A DNA stretch of 63,933 nucleotides, the filler included, from Aduncisulcus paluster (taxonomy: Eukaryota), in the NCBI GenBank assembly GCA_024181965.1. It is 37 parts of 37 records of this genome, joined end to end, with 100 filler letters (N's around TTAATTAATTAA, not from the genome) between each part and the next. Parts side by side here need not be neighbours in the genome. Positions count along the whole stretch, not along the records: positions 23,632 to 25,075 come from BQXS01003133.1; positions 25,176 to 26,604 come from BQXS01003137.1; positions 26,705 to 27,955 come from BQXS01003140.1; positions 28,056 to 29,092 come from BQXS01003153.1; positions 29,193 to 30,371 come from BQXS01003161.1; positions 30,472 to 31,637 come from BQXS01003164.1; positions 31,738 to 32,850 come from BQXS01003173.1; positions 32,951 to 34,298 come from BQXS01003189.1; 29 more parts are not named here. One strand, 5' to 3'. Below the pieces are notes generated by a model. That model saw only the letters and a list, made by a program, of their open reading frames with translations, was not told the origin of the DNA and made no database searches. Below are positions 24,261-35,702 of the stretch, piece after piece (position 1 is the stretch's first letter; each line of letters opens with the position of its first letter). Both the position numbers and the translations under genes were made by a program.

Positions 24261-25075
24261 ATGCCAACTAAAAATTTAGTAGATATAGATCCTGAAGAAA
24301 CTCAGGAATGGATAGAAGCTTTAGAAGCAGTAATTGAAGAAGAGGGAGGTGAAAGAGCTCACTATTTAGTTAGTCAACTAATTGACAATGCAAGACGAAA
24401 TGGTGCAGACATACCTCACAGTGGAAATACAGCATACTTAAACANNNNNNNNNNNNNNNNNNNNTATACCTGTTAATCAAGAACCAAAAATGCCAGGTGA
24501 TAGAGATTTAGAGAGAAAAATCAGATCTATTATTAGATGGAATGCACAAACTATGGTTTTAAGAGCTTCTAAAAAGAACTTAGAGCTTGGTGGGCATATT
24601 GCATCATTCCAATCTTCTGCTACATTATATGATGTTGCCTTTAATCATTTCTTTAAAGCACCAAATGAAAAAAATGGTGGAGATTTAGTATTTTATCAAG
24701 GACATATCTCTCCGGGTATCTATGCAAGATCATTTGTAGAGGGAAGACTAACTGAGTCTCAAATGGATAACTTTAGACAAGAAGCATTTGCTGATGGTTT
24801 ATCTTCATACCCACATCCAAAACTTATGCCTTCTTACTGGCAATTCCCAACAGTTTCTATGGGACTTGGACCAATCCAAGCTATTTATCAAGCAAGATTT
24901 TTAAAATATCTTACAGATAGAGGTATAAAAGATTGTTCTGATCAAAAAGTATACTGTTATATGGGTGATGGTGAGTGTGATGAGCCAGAATCTTTAGGAG
25001 CTATTGGATTAGCTGGTAGAGAAGGTTTAGATAACTTAATATTTGTTATTAACTGTAACTTACAAAGACTTGATG
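24261..25075 (+). CDS. aceE: Pyruvate dehydrogenase E1, homodimeric type (gapped, 3' partial)
   Basis: [28 protein letters not shown] and [10 protein letters not shown]. Confidence 0.95.
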
Positions 25076-25175
25076 NNNNNNNNNNNNNNNNNNNNNNNNN
25101 NNNNNNNNNNNNNNNNNNNTTAATTAATTAANNNNNNNNNNNNNNNNNNNNNNNNNNNNNNNNNNNNNNNNNNNN

Positions 25176-25750
25176 AATGACACAAGTGTTATAGAGCTCG
25201 AAAATGCAGCTGCAACAAAAGTTATTTTAGTATTTGCTGATACCATAAATACAAACATAAAAACAATCCAGATAAAAAGTGAAGTAAAAATATAAACAAA
25301 AAATGAGATATTAGAAAATGTTGTTATAAATATAAATACAAAAAACAAAATAGGAAGCATAATAAGAAAACTTATATAAAGTACAAAGGACTTATAGAAT
25401 GCTCTTGAGGGTACTTTATGAATTTTATTTATAATATGTTCATAATCTTTAAAGAACATAGTAAATACAAACAAAAGATATGCTAAACCTATAGACCCTA
25501 ATTTTTCAGTATTGTGTAAAAAACTTGAAAGTTGATTTGCTAATGTTGTTGAATGTGTAGGATTTATAAAGTCTAAAATATAAAGCATCATAGTATCTAA
25601 ATGTTCCGAGAAAGCGGGAATATTTGATATCACAACAATAAGTAACGCAATGAGAGGAAGAATTGCAAATATAGTAAAAAAACTTAAACTTGCAGCATAA
25701 TAGGGGGTGTCATCATTAAAAAATGAAAACACCTCTTTGATAAGTTTCAA
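25176..25750 (-). CDS. YihY/virulence factor BrkB family membrane protein, 3' partial
   Basis: YAASLSFFTIFAILPL; multiple TM helices. Confidence 0.85.
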
Positions 25751-26604
25751 TTAATCAAGTCCCATTTTAAATGGATTGAGTATATTATTTGGATCAAACG
25801 CTTTTTTGATGTTTTTAAATAAGTTCATCTCTGCATCATTAAAAGCGATATCCATATAAGGAGCTTTTGATGTTCCAATACCATGTTCACCACTTAAAGT
25901 TCCTCCCATATCAACAACAAGTTGAAAAATCTCTTCAATAGCTTTATGTCCATCTTCCATCTGTTTTGGGNNNNNNNNNNNNNNNNNNNNNNNNNNNNNN
26001 NNNNNNNNNNNNCATTTTTATCTTTTACCATTACATTTACATGAATGTTCCCATCTCCAGCATGACCAAAACATGGTACTTGCATACCATATTTATCACC
26101 AATTTTGTAGATTTCTTCTAATGCAACAGGAAGCATACTTCTAGGAACTGAGATATCTTCATTGAGTTTTTTTGTACCGAAAATCGTAACAGCAGGACTT
26201 GCATTTCTTCTTGCAAACCATAACTCTTTTGCATGATCATCGTCTTGGGCTATAACAAAACTTTTTCCACCATTTTCATTAAATGATTTTTCTAAAGTTT
26301 CAAGTTGAAATTTTACTTCATCTTCTAAACTTCCATCAACATCTCCCACTAATACAGCACCAGCATCGCTAGGCAAGTCAACATTGAGTTTTTCTCTTAA
26401 AGCTTGAATTACAAGTTTATCTAAAAATTCCATAGCAACAGGATTTGCACCAGAAGCAAGAGATTTAAACACTGCATTCATAGCACTTGTTACATCTGGA
26501 AATATTCCCATATATGTTTTTTTAAATTTTGGTTTTGGTATAAGTTTTAAAGTAATCTCTGTGATAACTGCCAATGTACCTTCACTTGCAGTTAAAATTC
26601 CAGC
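25751..26604 (-). CDS. FAD-linked oxidase (GlcD/D-lactate dehydrogenase-like), C-terminal part
   Basis: SEGTL, EDISVPRS, GHAGDGNIH, SGEHGIG and FDPNNILNP. Confidence 0.9.
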
Positions 26605-26704
26605 NNNNNNNNNNNNNNNNNNNNNNNNNNNNNNNNNNNNNNNNNNNNTTAATTAATTAANNNNNNNNNNNNNNNNNNNNNNNNNNNNNNNNNNNNNNNN
26701 NNNN

Positions 26705-27475
26705 TATGCGGGGTTTCTTGCGAGCCATCGAGGTAGGGACCCTGCCCTCCCGCACTTCGTCGTCTTGTGCCGGTGCACCTGGTTGCGAGGGCGCATCACT
26801 TGAGGATGTGGTTTCGCGGGAATCGCGGGTGGGTTCCGACCTAGTGGGAGAAGCACGATACGCAGCCATGGGGTCGTCGGCCTGGGACAGTGGGGGCATT
26901 CCGGCAAGTTCTACTCCATGCTGCTCAAGGTATTGCCGTCGCCGGAATCTCTGAGTGTCGCGTTTCAACCTCTGCAGGAGGCTGGGGTCCATCATCTTCT
27001 GGGCGTATTCGCCGATCCTGTCGACGAAATCATCGATATCAGTGACCAGCGATTCAACCTCCCACACCAGCGACTCAACATCGGAGACTAGAGTTTCCAC
27101 TTCGTCGACGTCTGACGCGTCGATGTGAGTGTCAACGCCAAGCGGGAGATTCCGCGCGGTGTGCAGAAGGTCGTCAGCATCAACCGCTATGGCCGCGATA
27201 AGCGGGGCAAACTGCGGTGTCGGGTCTGGGAACTCGCGTTCGGCCTCGATGAAGGGCGTGCGGCCGCCCGCAAGCGCTGCNNNNNNNNNNNNNNNNNNNN
27301 NNNNNNNNNNNNNNNNNNNNNNNNNNNNNNNNNNNNNNNNNNNNNNNNNNNNNNNNNNNNNNNNNNNNNNNNNNNNNNNNNNNNNNNNNNNNNNNNNNNN
27401 NNNNNNNNNNNNNNNNNNNNNNNACATCGTCTCGCGGACCACGTTGGCGAAGCGCTCGTTGTTTTTCGGTGCCAT
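26705..27475 (-). CDS. Putative mycobacterial prophage immunity repressor (HTH region hidden in the gap)
   Basis: MAPKNNERFANVVRETM start; divergent from a Cro-like HTH gene across an operator-rich region. Confidence 0.5.
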
Positions 27476-27490
27476 GCCTTCGAGTGTGTC

Positions 27491-27512
27491 AGAAAGTTTC
27501 GGCAAACTTTCT
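27491..27512. promoter_or_regulatory. Palindromic operator AGAAAGTTT-CGGC-AAACTTTCT
   Basis: Perfect 9-bp inverted repeat; related GGCAAA/TTTGCC half-sites at 27521, 27590 and 27623. Confidence 0.6.
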
Positions 27513-27658
27513 GACCTAATGGCAAATATCAGCTGTGTAATTCTCAGCACAAACCGAGATTTTAGATTTAAAAGCCCAGGCCACCGCGGTTTGCCGCTTT
27601 TGGGAAAGTTTGGGGTTGATCGTTTGCCGCGTCAGTATTTGGGTGTACCTTCGGTCCT

Positions 27659-27955
27659 ATGCCGAAGGACATCCCAATACGTAGGTACGCGCAGCGGAGA
27701 AACCCGAAGGTTCCGCCGCATGTGCCGCTCGGGGTACTCCGTCGCGTTTCGGGGCTCACCCTCGATGAGGTATGCGAACTGGTCGCCGAGGTGACCGGGG
27801 ATCGCCCAACGAAAGGCGCATTGAGCGCGATCGAGAATGGGCACCGTGGCGCCAGCGCTCAGCTCATCGCAGGACTTGAGCACGCCTACAGCCTCCCCGC
27901 TGGATCCATCTCGACTACTTATGCGCCGCGCGAGACCCCCTCGAAATCTGAGGTG
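27659..27955 (+). CDS. Cro/XRE-like HTH protein (prophage)
   Basis: LRRVSGLTLDEVCE...GALSAIENGHRGAS. Confidence 0.8.
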
Positions 27956-28055
27956 NNNNNNNNNNNNNNNNNNNNNNNNNNNNNNNNNNNNNNNNNNNNT
28001 TAATTAATTAANNNNNNNNNNNNNNNNNNNNNNNNNNNNNNNNNNNNNNNNNNNN

Positions 28056-29092
28056 TAGCAATAGCAGTTATATTGTACTTTTTAATTAAATCTAAAACTA
28101 TTTTTGAAGATGTTTTAACATTATTTTCACTTAAAAGATATATCACAGTTGAATCTAAATAGTTTCCATTTTCATCAATGATAGCTAGTTTACATCCAGT
28201 TTTATATCCTGGATCCATCCCTAAAATCACTTGATTTACTAATGGTGGAGTGATAAGTAATTCTGTTAAGTTTTTACCAAAAAGTTCTATAGCTTCATCA
28301 CTCGCTTTTTGTTTCAAATTTGAAAGCAATTCTCTTTTTAAAGAAGGAAGTAATAATCTTTTTAATCCATCTATGTAAGCATCTACTACATACATTTTTG
28401 AGCTTTGTGCATGAGAAGGTATTCGGTATTGTTTTATACCATTAATTATGAACTCTTCATCAGCTACAACTTTCAGAGATATTTGTTTTTCATTTACCGN
28501 NNNNNNNNNNNNNNNNNNNNNNNNNNNNNNNNNNNNTTACCGCTCGCAAAATCGCCAAAAGCTGATGAGATTTAAGATATTTTGCTTTTGTATTGATAGT
28601 ACTTAAGTTTTTATATATACCATTTTCTTCAAAAGTTTTTGTTTTCTTCGTTACGATACTTGCATGGTTTTCTAAATTTTTTCGTACACCCTCTTTTGTT
28701 TTGAGTTCTTGAGAATATCTTAGTGCAATAATATCTTTTGCTCCATTTATCGCATCTTCTAAAGTTTTCACCTCTTTATTTAAAAAGTTTTTTGCTTTTT
28801 GTTCTATTTCGTAAGTAGTGTATTTCATAGTAGAGATAATATTTGCTAAATCTGTGAGTCCATTTTTAACTGCATCGTCTGCTCGTGTATTTTTAGTTCC
28901 TTTAAAAGGTTCATAAATATCTTCTAAAGCTCGTAAAGTAGTAGCTTCATCAAGTAGTTTTTGTAACTTGCTATTCAAACTATCTTTCTCTTTTAAGATA
29001 TTTACTATCTCATCTTTTCTTTTGAGTAGTTTTTGAGTGTATTCATACACTTCTTGAAACTTTATAAGTGTTTCATCACTCGCGTTTCCAGT
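28056..29092 (-). CDS. tex: Tex-family RNA-binding transcriptional accessory protein, internal fragment
   Basis: LEDIYEPFK, ILGMDPGYKTGCKLA. Confidence 0.9.
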
Positions 29093-29192
29093 NNNNNNNN
29101 NNNNNNNNNNNNNNNNNNNNNNNNNNNNNNNNNNNNTTAATTAATTAANNNNNNNNNNNNNNNNNNNNNNNNNNNNNNNNNNNNNNNNNNNN

Positions 29193-30307
29193 CAAGTATC
29201 CCGTCATCGTCTGGGGCACAGGGGTTGTCGGCAAGTTGGTGATCCGCGAACTGCTGGATCATCCGGTCTTCGAACTGGCCGCCGTCCTGGTGCACGATCC
29301 GGCCAAAAACGGCGTGGACGTGGGAACCTTGGTCGACAGTCATCCGATCGGGCTGGCGGCCACCACCGACATCGACGCCGCGCTGGGTACCGAGGGCACC
29401 GTCGCGTACTTCGGGCCGACCGCGCAATACGCACTGGAGAACATCGACAACATGTCTCGCGCACTACGCAGCGGGCACAACGTCGTCTCCACGGCGATGA
29501 CCCCGTGGGTGTACCCGCAGGTGTGTCCGCCAGAAATGCTCGCCGATATCAACCAGGCCTGCGAGGACGGCCAGACATCCTGTTTCACCACGGGTATCGA
29601 CCCCGGCTTCGCCAACGACCTGTTCCCGATGACGTTGCTCGGCGTGGGTGGGCGTGTGGATTCTGTACTGGTACAAGAGCTTTTGGACTACCAGTACTAC
29701 AACGGCGATTTCAGCACACCGATGGGCCTGGGTGCACCCATGGACCAGCAGGCGGTGCTGGAGATCCCCGAGGTGCTGATCNNNNNNNNNNNNNNNNNNN
29801 NNNNNNNNNNNNNNNNNNNNNNNNNNNNNNNNNNNNNNNNNNNCCATGATCGCCGACGCCGTCGGCGTGAAACTCGACAAGATCGACACCGTCTACGAAA
29901 AGTGGGCCACTCCAACCGAGATCGCTTACGGGGCCGAGCCCAACACCGGAACCATCGCTGCGGGGCATTGCGCTGCCGTGCGTTTCGAGATTCGCGGCTG
30001 GGTGGGCGGGAAGCCCAAGATCATCATCGAGCATGTCAATCGCATCACCAACGACACCGCTCCACATTGGCCGCGGGCACAGTCCGTCGACAATGACGCG
30101 TACCGCATTGAGATCAAGGGCAGCCCGAACATCACCCAAGAGACCGTCTTCCGTGACGAACGCTCCGGTGACGGCGCCATCGGCGGCTGCCTGGCCACCG
30201 GGATGCGAGCGATCAACGCCATACCAGCGGTTATCGACGCTAAGCCGGGATTCCTGACGCCACTGGAGCTTCCGTTGATCGCGGGCCAAGGCACTATCCG
30301 CGGCTGA
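29193..30307 (+). CDS. NAD(P)H-dependent amine dehydrogenase / DapB-like oxidoreductase (mycobacterial)
   Basis: VIVWGTGVVG, TGIDPGFAND and ATGMRAINAIPAV. Confidence 0.85.
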
Positions 30308-30320
30308 CCTGCGCTGAGTG

Positions 30321-30365
30321 CCGACTTTTCGCGGTATCTAGTTGATCTCATCCGCGAAAAGTCGG
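30321..30365. repeat. 14-bp perfect inverted repeat (REP-like element or terminator)
   Basis: CCGACTTTTCGCGG-N17-CCGCGAAAAGTCGG just after a stop codon. Confidence 0.75.
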
Positions 30366-30471
30366 CCTCATNNNNNNNNNNNNNNNNNNNNNNNNNNNNN
30401 NNNNNNNNNNNNNNNTTAATTAATTAANNNNNNNNNNNNNNNNNNNNNNNNNNNNNNNNNNNNNNNNNNNN

Positions 30472-30926
30472 AAGTTTGAATTTAATATTTGCGTATAGGA
30501 TAATGCTTCAATGATAGAAAATGGATTTGTAACTGTAGGTACTTTTTCAATAGCAGATGGAGTAATTTGTTTTCCAATAGGAGAATCTTTATATTCACTT
30601 ATAAACTCTAGTTCATTTTCTTTAATTCTGATTTTATTGTTCAATTGGTAAGAGAGTTCTTTATATTTCTCCCCTTTCCATCTACCATATTTTTTGGCAT
30701 CTTTTTTAATTTGAACAAGCTCTTTTTCAATCTCTCTATATGTTAAATAATTGTTATATCTAGTAACCCAAATATTTTTTTCTAAATCTTTATTAACTAA
30801 ATTTAACTCTTCATATAATTCTGTGAGTCGTGTAGATTTATCTATACTTTCTTTTGTTATATCTACTCCTGAAGCATTTATAACCATTAAAAATAAAAAA
30901 AGTAAAATTTGTACATTATTTTTCAT
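30472..30926 (-). CDS. MscS-family mechanosensitive channel, N-terminal periplasmic part
   Basis: Signal peptide, NIWVTRYNNYLTY and P.VTNPFSII; coupled to aroB (TAATG) as in Campylobacterota. Confidence 0.65.
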
Positions 30927-31637
30927 TAAAATACTCGCAATACTTCAAGTATATCATTTTTAGAAACCTCATCTGTGATTGTACAATCACCTAGACCTTT
31001 AGCTAAAATAAATTTTATTTTGTTGTNNNNNNNNNNNNNNNNNNNNNNNNNNNNNNNNNNNNNNNNNNNNNNNNNNNNNNNNNNNNNNNNNNNNNNNNNN
31101 NTCTAAAAAGAAATGCTCATAGAAATCTTCTACATCATTAACTGTATATTGAGTTGGTATATTGTATTTTTCTAAAAGTGTTTTTACTCTTGATGATTCA
31201 TTTTCAGTCATAAGACCTATTTTCACAGACACATCATTTGCCATACATATACCAATACCAACAGCTTCTCCATGTAAGTATGTATCATAATTTGTTTCAT
31301 TTTCTATCACATGTCCAAAAGTATGACCATAGTTTAAAGCAGCTCGTAGTCCTTTTTCTTTTTCATCTTGACTTACCACCCAAGCTTTTGTTTCTACAGA
31401 TTTAGCAATTGCAACCTTTATATTTTCAGAATCACTTAAATCATTGTTTTCTAGCCATTCAAAAAAATCTTTGTTAAAACAAACTGCCATTTTTACTATC
31501 TCTGCAATTCCTGCTGAAAATTCTCTTTTTGGTAAAGTTGTTAGAAAAAAAGGATCAATATATACAGCTTGTGGCTGATGAAATGCTCCGACAAGATTTT
31601 TACCAAACTTATTATTCACACCAGTTTTTCCACCAAC
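30926..31637 (-). CDS. aroB: 3-dehydroquinate synthase, C-terminal part
   Basis: GGKTGVN, GKNLVGAFHQP, LNYGHTFGH and LHGEAV. Confidence 0.96.
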
Positions 31638-31829
31638 NNNNNNNNNNNNNNNNNNNNNNNNNNNNNNNNNNNNNNNNNNNNTTAATTAATTAANNNNNNN
31701 NNNNNNNNNNNNNNNNNNNNNNNNNNNNNNNNNNNNNACGCGATTTGCCCCAGCTTTGGCCTGAAGACGCGATACAAATGCCGCCGGCGCACACGCGCCC
31801 CATCGCCGGCAACGCTAGGGCCCGAATGG

Positions 31830-31844
31830 TTAACGGAACCTTAG
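31830..31844. promoter_or_regulatory. CtrA-box-like site
   Basis: TTAA-N7-TTAG, near the TTAA-N7-TTAA consensus, in an alphaproteobacterial flagellar intergenic region. Confidence 0.5.
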
Positions 31845-31962
31845 GATTTACCTTCCACTAGGAAAAAACTGCCGGGCAAACATGGTCAACAAGACCTTTC
31901 TGCCGCCCCCTCCGACGCCCGGCCAGAGACCTAAGCCTTTCAAATACCTTAGTATTTCAAGT

Positions 31963-31977
31963 TGGCACGGCTTTCGC
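31963..31977 (+). promoter_or_regulatory. Sigma-54 promoter of flgF
   Basis: TGGCAC-GGCTT-TCGC with correct -24 GG / -12 GC spacing. Confidence 0.8.
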
Positions 31978-31989
31978 TGAGAGCACGGC

Positions 31990-32089
31990 GTGACTGGCGG
32001 GTTTGGGAGAACCCAATGGTTACCGACGGGTCCGGCGTGAAGGTTTGGGAGAACCTGCGTTCGGATCGCCTCACAGGGGAGAACCACCG
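31990..32089 (+). ncRNA. Structured flgF 5' leader, probably the flg-Rhizobiales RNA motif
   Basis: Twin hairpins GGGTTT-GGGA-GAACCC and AGGTTT-GGGA-GAACCT upstream of basal-body genes. Confidence 0.55.
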
Positions 32090-32810
32090 ATGCAGAATAC
32101 GCTTCTGGTCGGCCTATCGAAGCAGATGGTGCTGGAACGGCAGATGGATGTCGTTTCCAACAACATCGCGAACATGAACACCAACGGCTACAAGGCCGAT
32201 CGGTCGCTGTTCCAGGAATATCTGTCCTCGAACGCGCACGAGGACAATTTCGCGTCCGCCGACCGCCGCGTCTCGTTCGTGCAGGACCGCGCGACCTTCC
32301 ACGACTTCTCGCAGGGCCCGACCGAGGAGACCAAGAACCCNNNNNNNNNNNNNNNNNNNNACCCGCGAGGGCAATCTGGCGATCAACAACCGCGGCCAGC
32401 TGGTCACCGCCTCGGGCTATCAGGTGCTGGGCACCGCCGGCCCGATCACCTTCCAGCAGACCGACCACGACGTCTCGATCGCCGCCGACGGCAACATCAC
32501 CGTGCTCGAGGGCACCTCCCGCCTCGACTCGATCCGCGGCAAGCTGCGCCTGGTCTCGTTCGCGCAGGCCCAGCGCCTGCTCAAGGAAGGCGGCAATCTC
32601 TACGCACCCGGCGAAGGCGCGGTGGCGCAGCCGGCCACCAAGGCCCAGGTTCGCCAGGGCTTCATCGAGAAGTCGAACGTCAATTCCGTCGTCGAGATGA
32701 GCCGCATGATCGAGATCACGCGGACCTACACCCAAATCGCCTCGCTGCTGCAGCAGCAGAGCGACCTGCACAAATCGGCGATCGAGAAGCTCGCCGACGT
32801 GCCGAACTGA
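32090..32810 (+). CDS. flgF: Flagellar basal-body rod protein FlgF
   Basis: MQNTLLVGLS...DVVSNNIANMNTNGYK...EKSNVNSVVEMSRMI. Confidence 0.93.
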
Positions 32811-32826
32811 TCCGGGGGACTGACCG

Positions 32827-32850
32827 ATGCGCGCACTTTATACCGCTGCG
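32827..32850 (+). CDS. flgG: FlgG start
   Basis: MRALYTAA after a GGGGGA SD, directly following flgF. Confidence 0.7.
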
Positions 32851-33067
32851 NNNNNNNNNNNNNNNNNNNNNNNNNNNNNNNNNNNNNNNNNNNNTTAATT
32901 AATTAANNNNNNNNNNNNNNNNNNNNNNNNNNNNNNNNNNNNNNNNNNNNTAGAAAACCCTTTGTTTAAAGGCTTTAATTCAAGCTGTGATTTTTAGGAT
33001 GTGCCAAACTTTTTTTTATCAAAATTATTGTAAAATCTTTCTAATTTAATATTTCAAAAGGTTCAGA

Positions 33068-33913
33068 GTGTTTAAAATATTTTTCATCAGTATTAATATA
33101 TGTTTTACCATTTTAAATGGATCATATTTAGAAGATGCAAACAACGCACTCTTAGAAAATAATCTCTCTAAAGCAATATCGTTATACGAACTTTCTGCAA
33201 GAGAGGGAGATGATGATGCGAATTTTCAATTAGGAAAGATTTATTATCTTAAAAAATATCAAAAAAGAGATTTAAATAAGGCATTTGAATATTTTCAAAA
33301 AGCTTCAGTTTATGGACATACTAAAGCGACATATAATTTAGCCGTTATCTATTCACAAAAAAAGTTTAAAAAACACAGTTTAAAGAGCTCATACGAGCTT
33401 TTTAAACAATTATCCATGCAAGATCAAGCTAATGCACAATATAAGCTAGGAATCTATTTATTAAATGGTTTTGGAGTAACGAAAGATTATACTAATTCAA
33501 AATTATGGTTAGAGAGGGCTTATTTTAAAAATGACTATAAAAGAGCTTCTTGTGGTCTTGCCTCTATATATGCAAATGGATTTGGTGTTATTCAAAATTT
33601 AGGTAGAGCAAGAAAGTTATCTGAACCATACATAANNNNNNNNNNNNNNNNNNNNNNNNNNNNNNNNNNNNNNNNNNNNNNNNNNNNNNNNNNNNNNNNN
33701 NNNNNNNNNNNNNNNNNNNNNNNNNNNNNNNNNNNNNNNNNNNNNNNNNNNNNNNNNNNNNNNNNNNNNNNNNNNNNNNNNNNNNNNNNNNNNNNNNNNN
33801 NNNNACCATACATAAACAAATATCCTTTATGTAAAAAAGTTTTTTATGAATTTAAACTCTATAAAAATAAATATAAAAAGGATAAGGGTTTTAAATATGG
33901 GTACTATAGATAA
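33068..33913 (+). CDS. Sel1-like repeat protein, secreted
   Basis: ANFQLGKIY, ATYNLAVIY, AQYKLGIY..GFGV and LASIYANGFGV repeats. Confidence 0.88.
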   Translation: MFKIFFISINICFTILNGSYLEDANNALLENNLSKAISLYELSAREGDDDANFQLGKIYYLKKYQKRDLNKAFEYFQKASVYGHTKATYNLAVIYSQKKFKKHSLKSSYELFKQLSMQDQANAQYKLGIYLLNGFGVTKDYTNSKLWLERAYFKNDYKRASCGLASIYANGFGVIQNLGRARKLSEPYIXXXXXXXXXXXXXXXXXXXXXXXXXXXXXXXXXXXXXXXXXXXXXXXXXXXXXXXXXPYINKYPLCKKVFYEFKLYKNKYKKDKGFKYGYYR

Positions 33914-33929
33914 AATTCAAAAATTTTAT

Positions 33930-34298
33930 CTATAGATGTTTGACATTATAAGTTTGTAACTTAAGGCACTGTTCTATCACATTTTTAGCAATAATTACTT
34001 GTTTGATATTGCCGTCTTTACATTTGTCAAAAAATGATATACTTGTTTTGGTATCACCACCTAGGTCATGATCACCTATGATATCATTAGATGTGATATA
34101 GTTATCTTCTGTAACTGTATCTGGCCAAAATATAATGATTGTATTATTTTCATCAGTACGGACAATTATTTTTTGAACTTTTCCATTTCTAATGGATAAA
34201 TTATAGTGTTCATCAATAAGTTTTTTTGACTCATCTATCGCTTCTTCTCTATAGGCAAAAAGTTCTGTCTTTTTAAAATGAAACTTGAATCCCCCTGG
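33930..34298 (-). CDS. Hypothetical protein, C-terminal fragment
   Basis: Open frame PGGFKFHFKK...TYNVKHL* from the scaffold edge; not in the ORF track. Confidence 0.6.
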   Translation of the reverse strand, partial: PGGFKFHFKKTELFAYREEAIDESKKLIDEHYNLSIRNGKVQKIIVRTDENNTIIIFWPDTVTEDNYITSNDIIGDHDLGGDTKTSISFFDKCKDGNIKQVIIAKNVIEQCLKLQTYNVKHL

Positions 34299-34398
34299 NN
34301 NNNNNNNNNNNNNNNNNNNNNNNNNNNNNNNNNNNNNNNNNNTTAATTAATTAANNNNNNNNNNNNNNNNNNNNNNNNNNNNNNNNNNNNNNNNNNNN

Positions 34399-35101
34399 AG
34401 GCATTATTGTAAATAAAAAAAGAGTAGCAAGACTTATGACTCAAGCTAAGTTATATGGTGTAGGAACATATAAACGAAAACCAAAGCATAAAGCTGGTGC
34501 AAAACATAAAGCATATATAAATCACTTACAGCAATGCTTTATTACTACTAAACCTAATGAAAGTTGGGTAAGTGATATAACTTATATTAGAACCCACGAA
34601 GGATGGATATATTTAGCGACAGTTATAGTTTTATTTTCTAGAAAAGTAATAGGATGGGATACAAGTCATAGAATGACAACACCATTAGTTTTAAATGCTA
34701 TGAAAATGGCTACTCAACGAATTTCTAATTTAAATACTAAAGTGATTTTACACTCAGATCAAGGAAGTCAGTACTCATCTTATGAATATAAAATATTTGC
34801 AAATAAACATAATATTATTCCTAGTATGAGTAGAAGAGGAAACTGTTATGATAATGCAGTTGCAGAGAGCTTTTTTAAAACTCTAAAGAAAGAACTTGTA
34901 CGAAAACATGTATTTTTAACCAGAGAGATAGCAAAATCAAAGATATTTGAATATATTGAGATGTTTTATAACTCAAAAAGAAGACATAGTTATCTCGGTT
35001 ACATAAGTCCTAATGAATTTGAAAAAAGATACAATAATTCTGTTAAATAAGTTTAGGTATTAACTGAATTGTTTAATGTCTATAATATTGGGGTCATTCC
35101 A
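34399..35101 (+). mobile_element. IS3-family element, right part (OrfB DDE transposase to 35050, right end ...GGGGTCATTCCA)
   Basis: WVSDITY, HSDQGSQY and GNCYDNAVAESFF; terminal CA dinucleotide. Confidence 0.9.
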
Positions 35102-35602
35102 GAAAGATTTAAACNNNNNNNNNNNNNNNNNNNNNNNNNNNNNNNNNNNNNNNNNNNNNNNNNNNNNNNNNNNNNNNNNNNNNNNNNNNNNNNNNNNNNN
35201 NNNNNNNNNNNNNNNNAAAATGAAACGAAGATATAAAAATACCACTGATTCAAATCATAACTTTCCAATAGCTCCAAATGTTTTAAATAGAGATTTTTAT
35301 GCAAGTAATCCAGATGAAAAATATGTAGGGGATATTACTTATATATCCACTGGAGAAGGATGGTTGTATCTTGCTACTGTAATTGATTTATACTCACGAA
35401 AAGTTGTTGGTTGGTCTATGGACGATAATATGAAAGTATCTCTAGTAAATGATGTATTAAGTATGGCTATTAAACATAGAAATCCACCTAAGGGGTTAAT
35501 TTGGCATACAGATAGAGGTTCTTAATATGCTTCATATAGTCATAAAGATTTATTACTGAAGAATGGGATTATTCAGAGCATGAGTAGAAAAGGTAATTGT
35601 TG
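35102..35602 (+). pseudogene. Second IS3-family transposase, disrupted (TAA at 35523)
   Basis: TTDSNH, GDITY and HTDRGS*YAS...SMSRKGNC; TAA replaces the conserved Gln. Confidence 0.85.
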
Positions 35603-35702
35603 NNNNNNNNNNNNNNNNNNNNNNNNNNNNNNNNNNNNNNNNNNNNTTAATTAATTAANNNNNNNNNNNNNNNNNNNNNNNNNNNNNNNNNNNNNNNNNN
35701 NN

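Noticed and set aside
29340-30351. Long antisense or alternate-frame ORFs in GC-rich fragments (also 31848-32771, 43265-43813, 57681-58247 and the AT-rich 61391-62011)
   Set aside because: They are shadows of well-supported genes on the other strand or frame.
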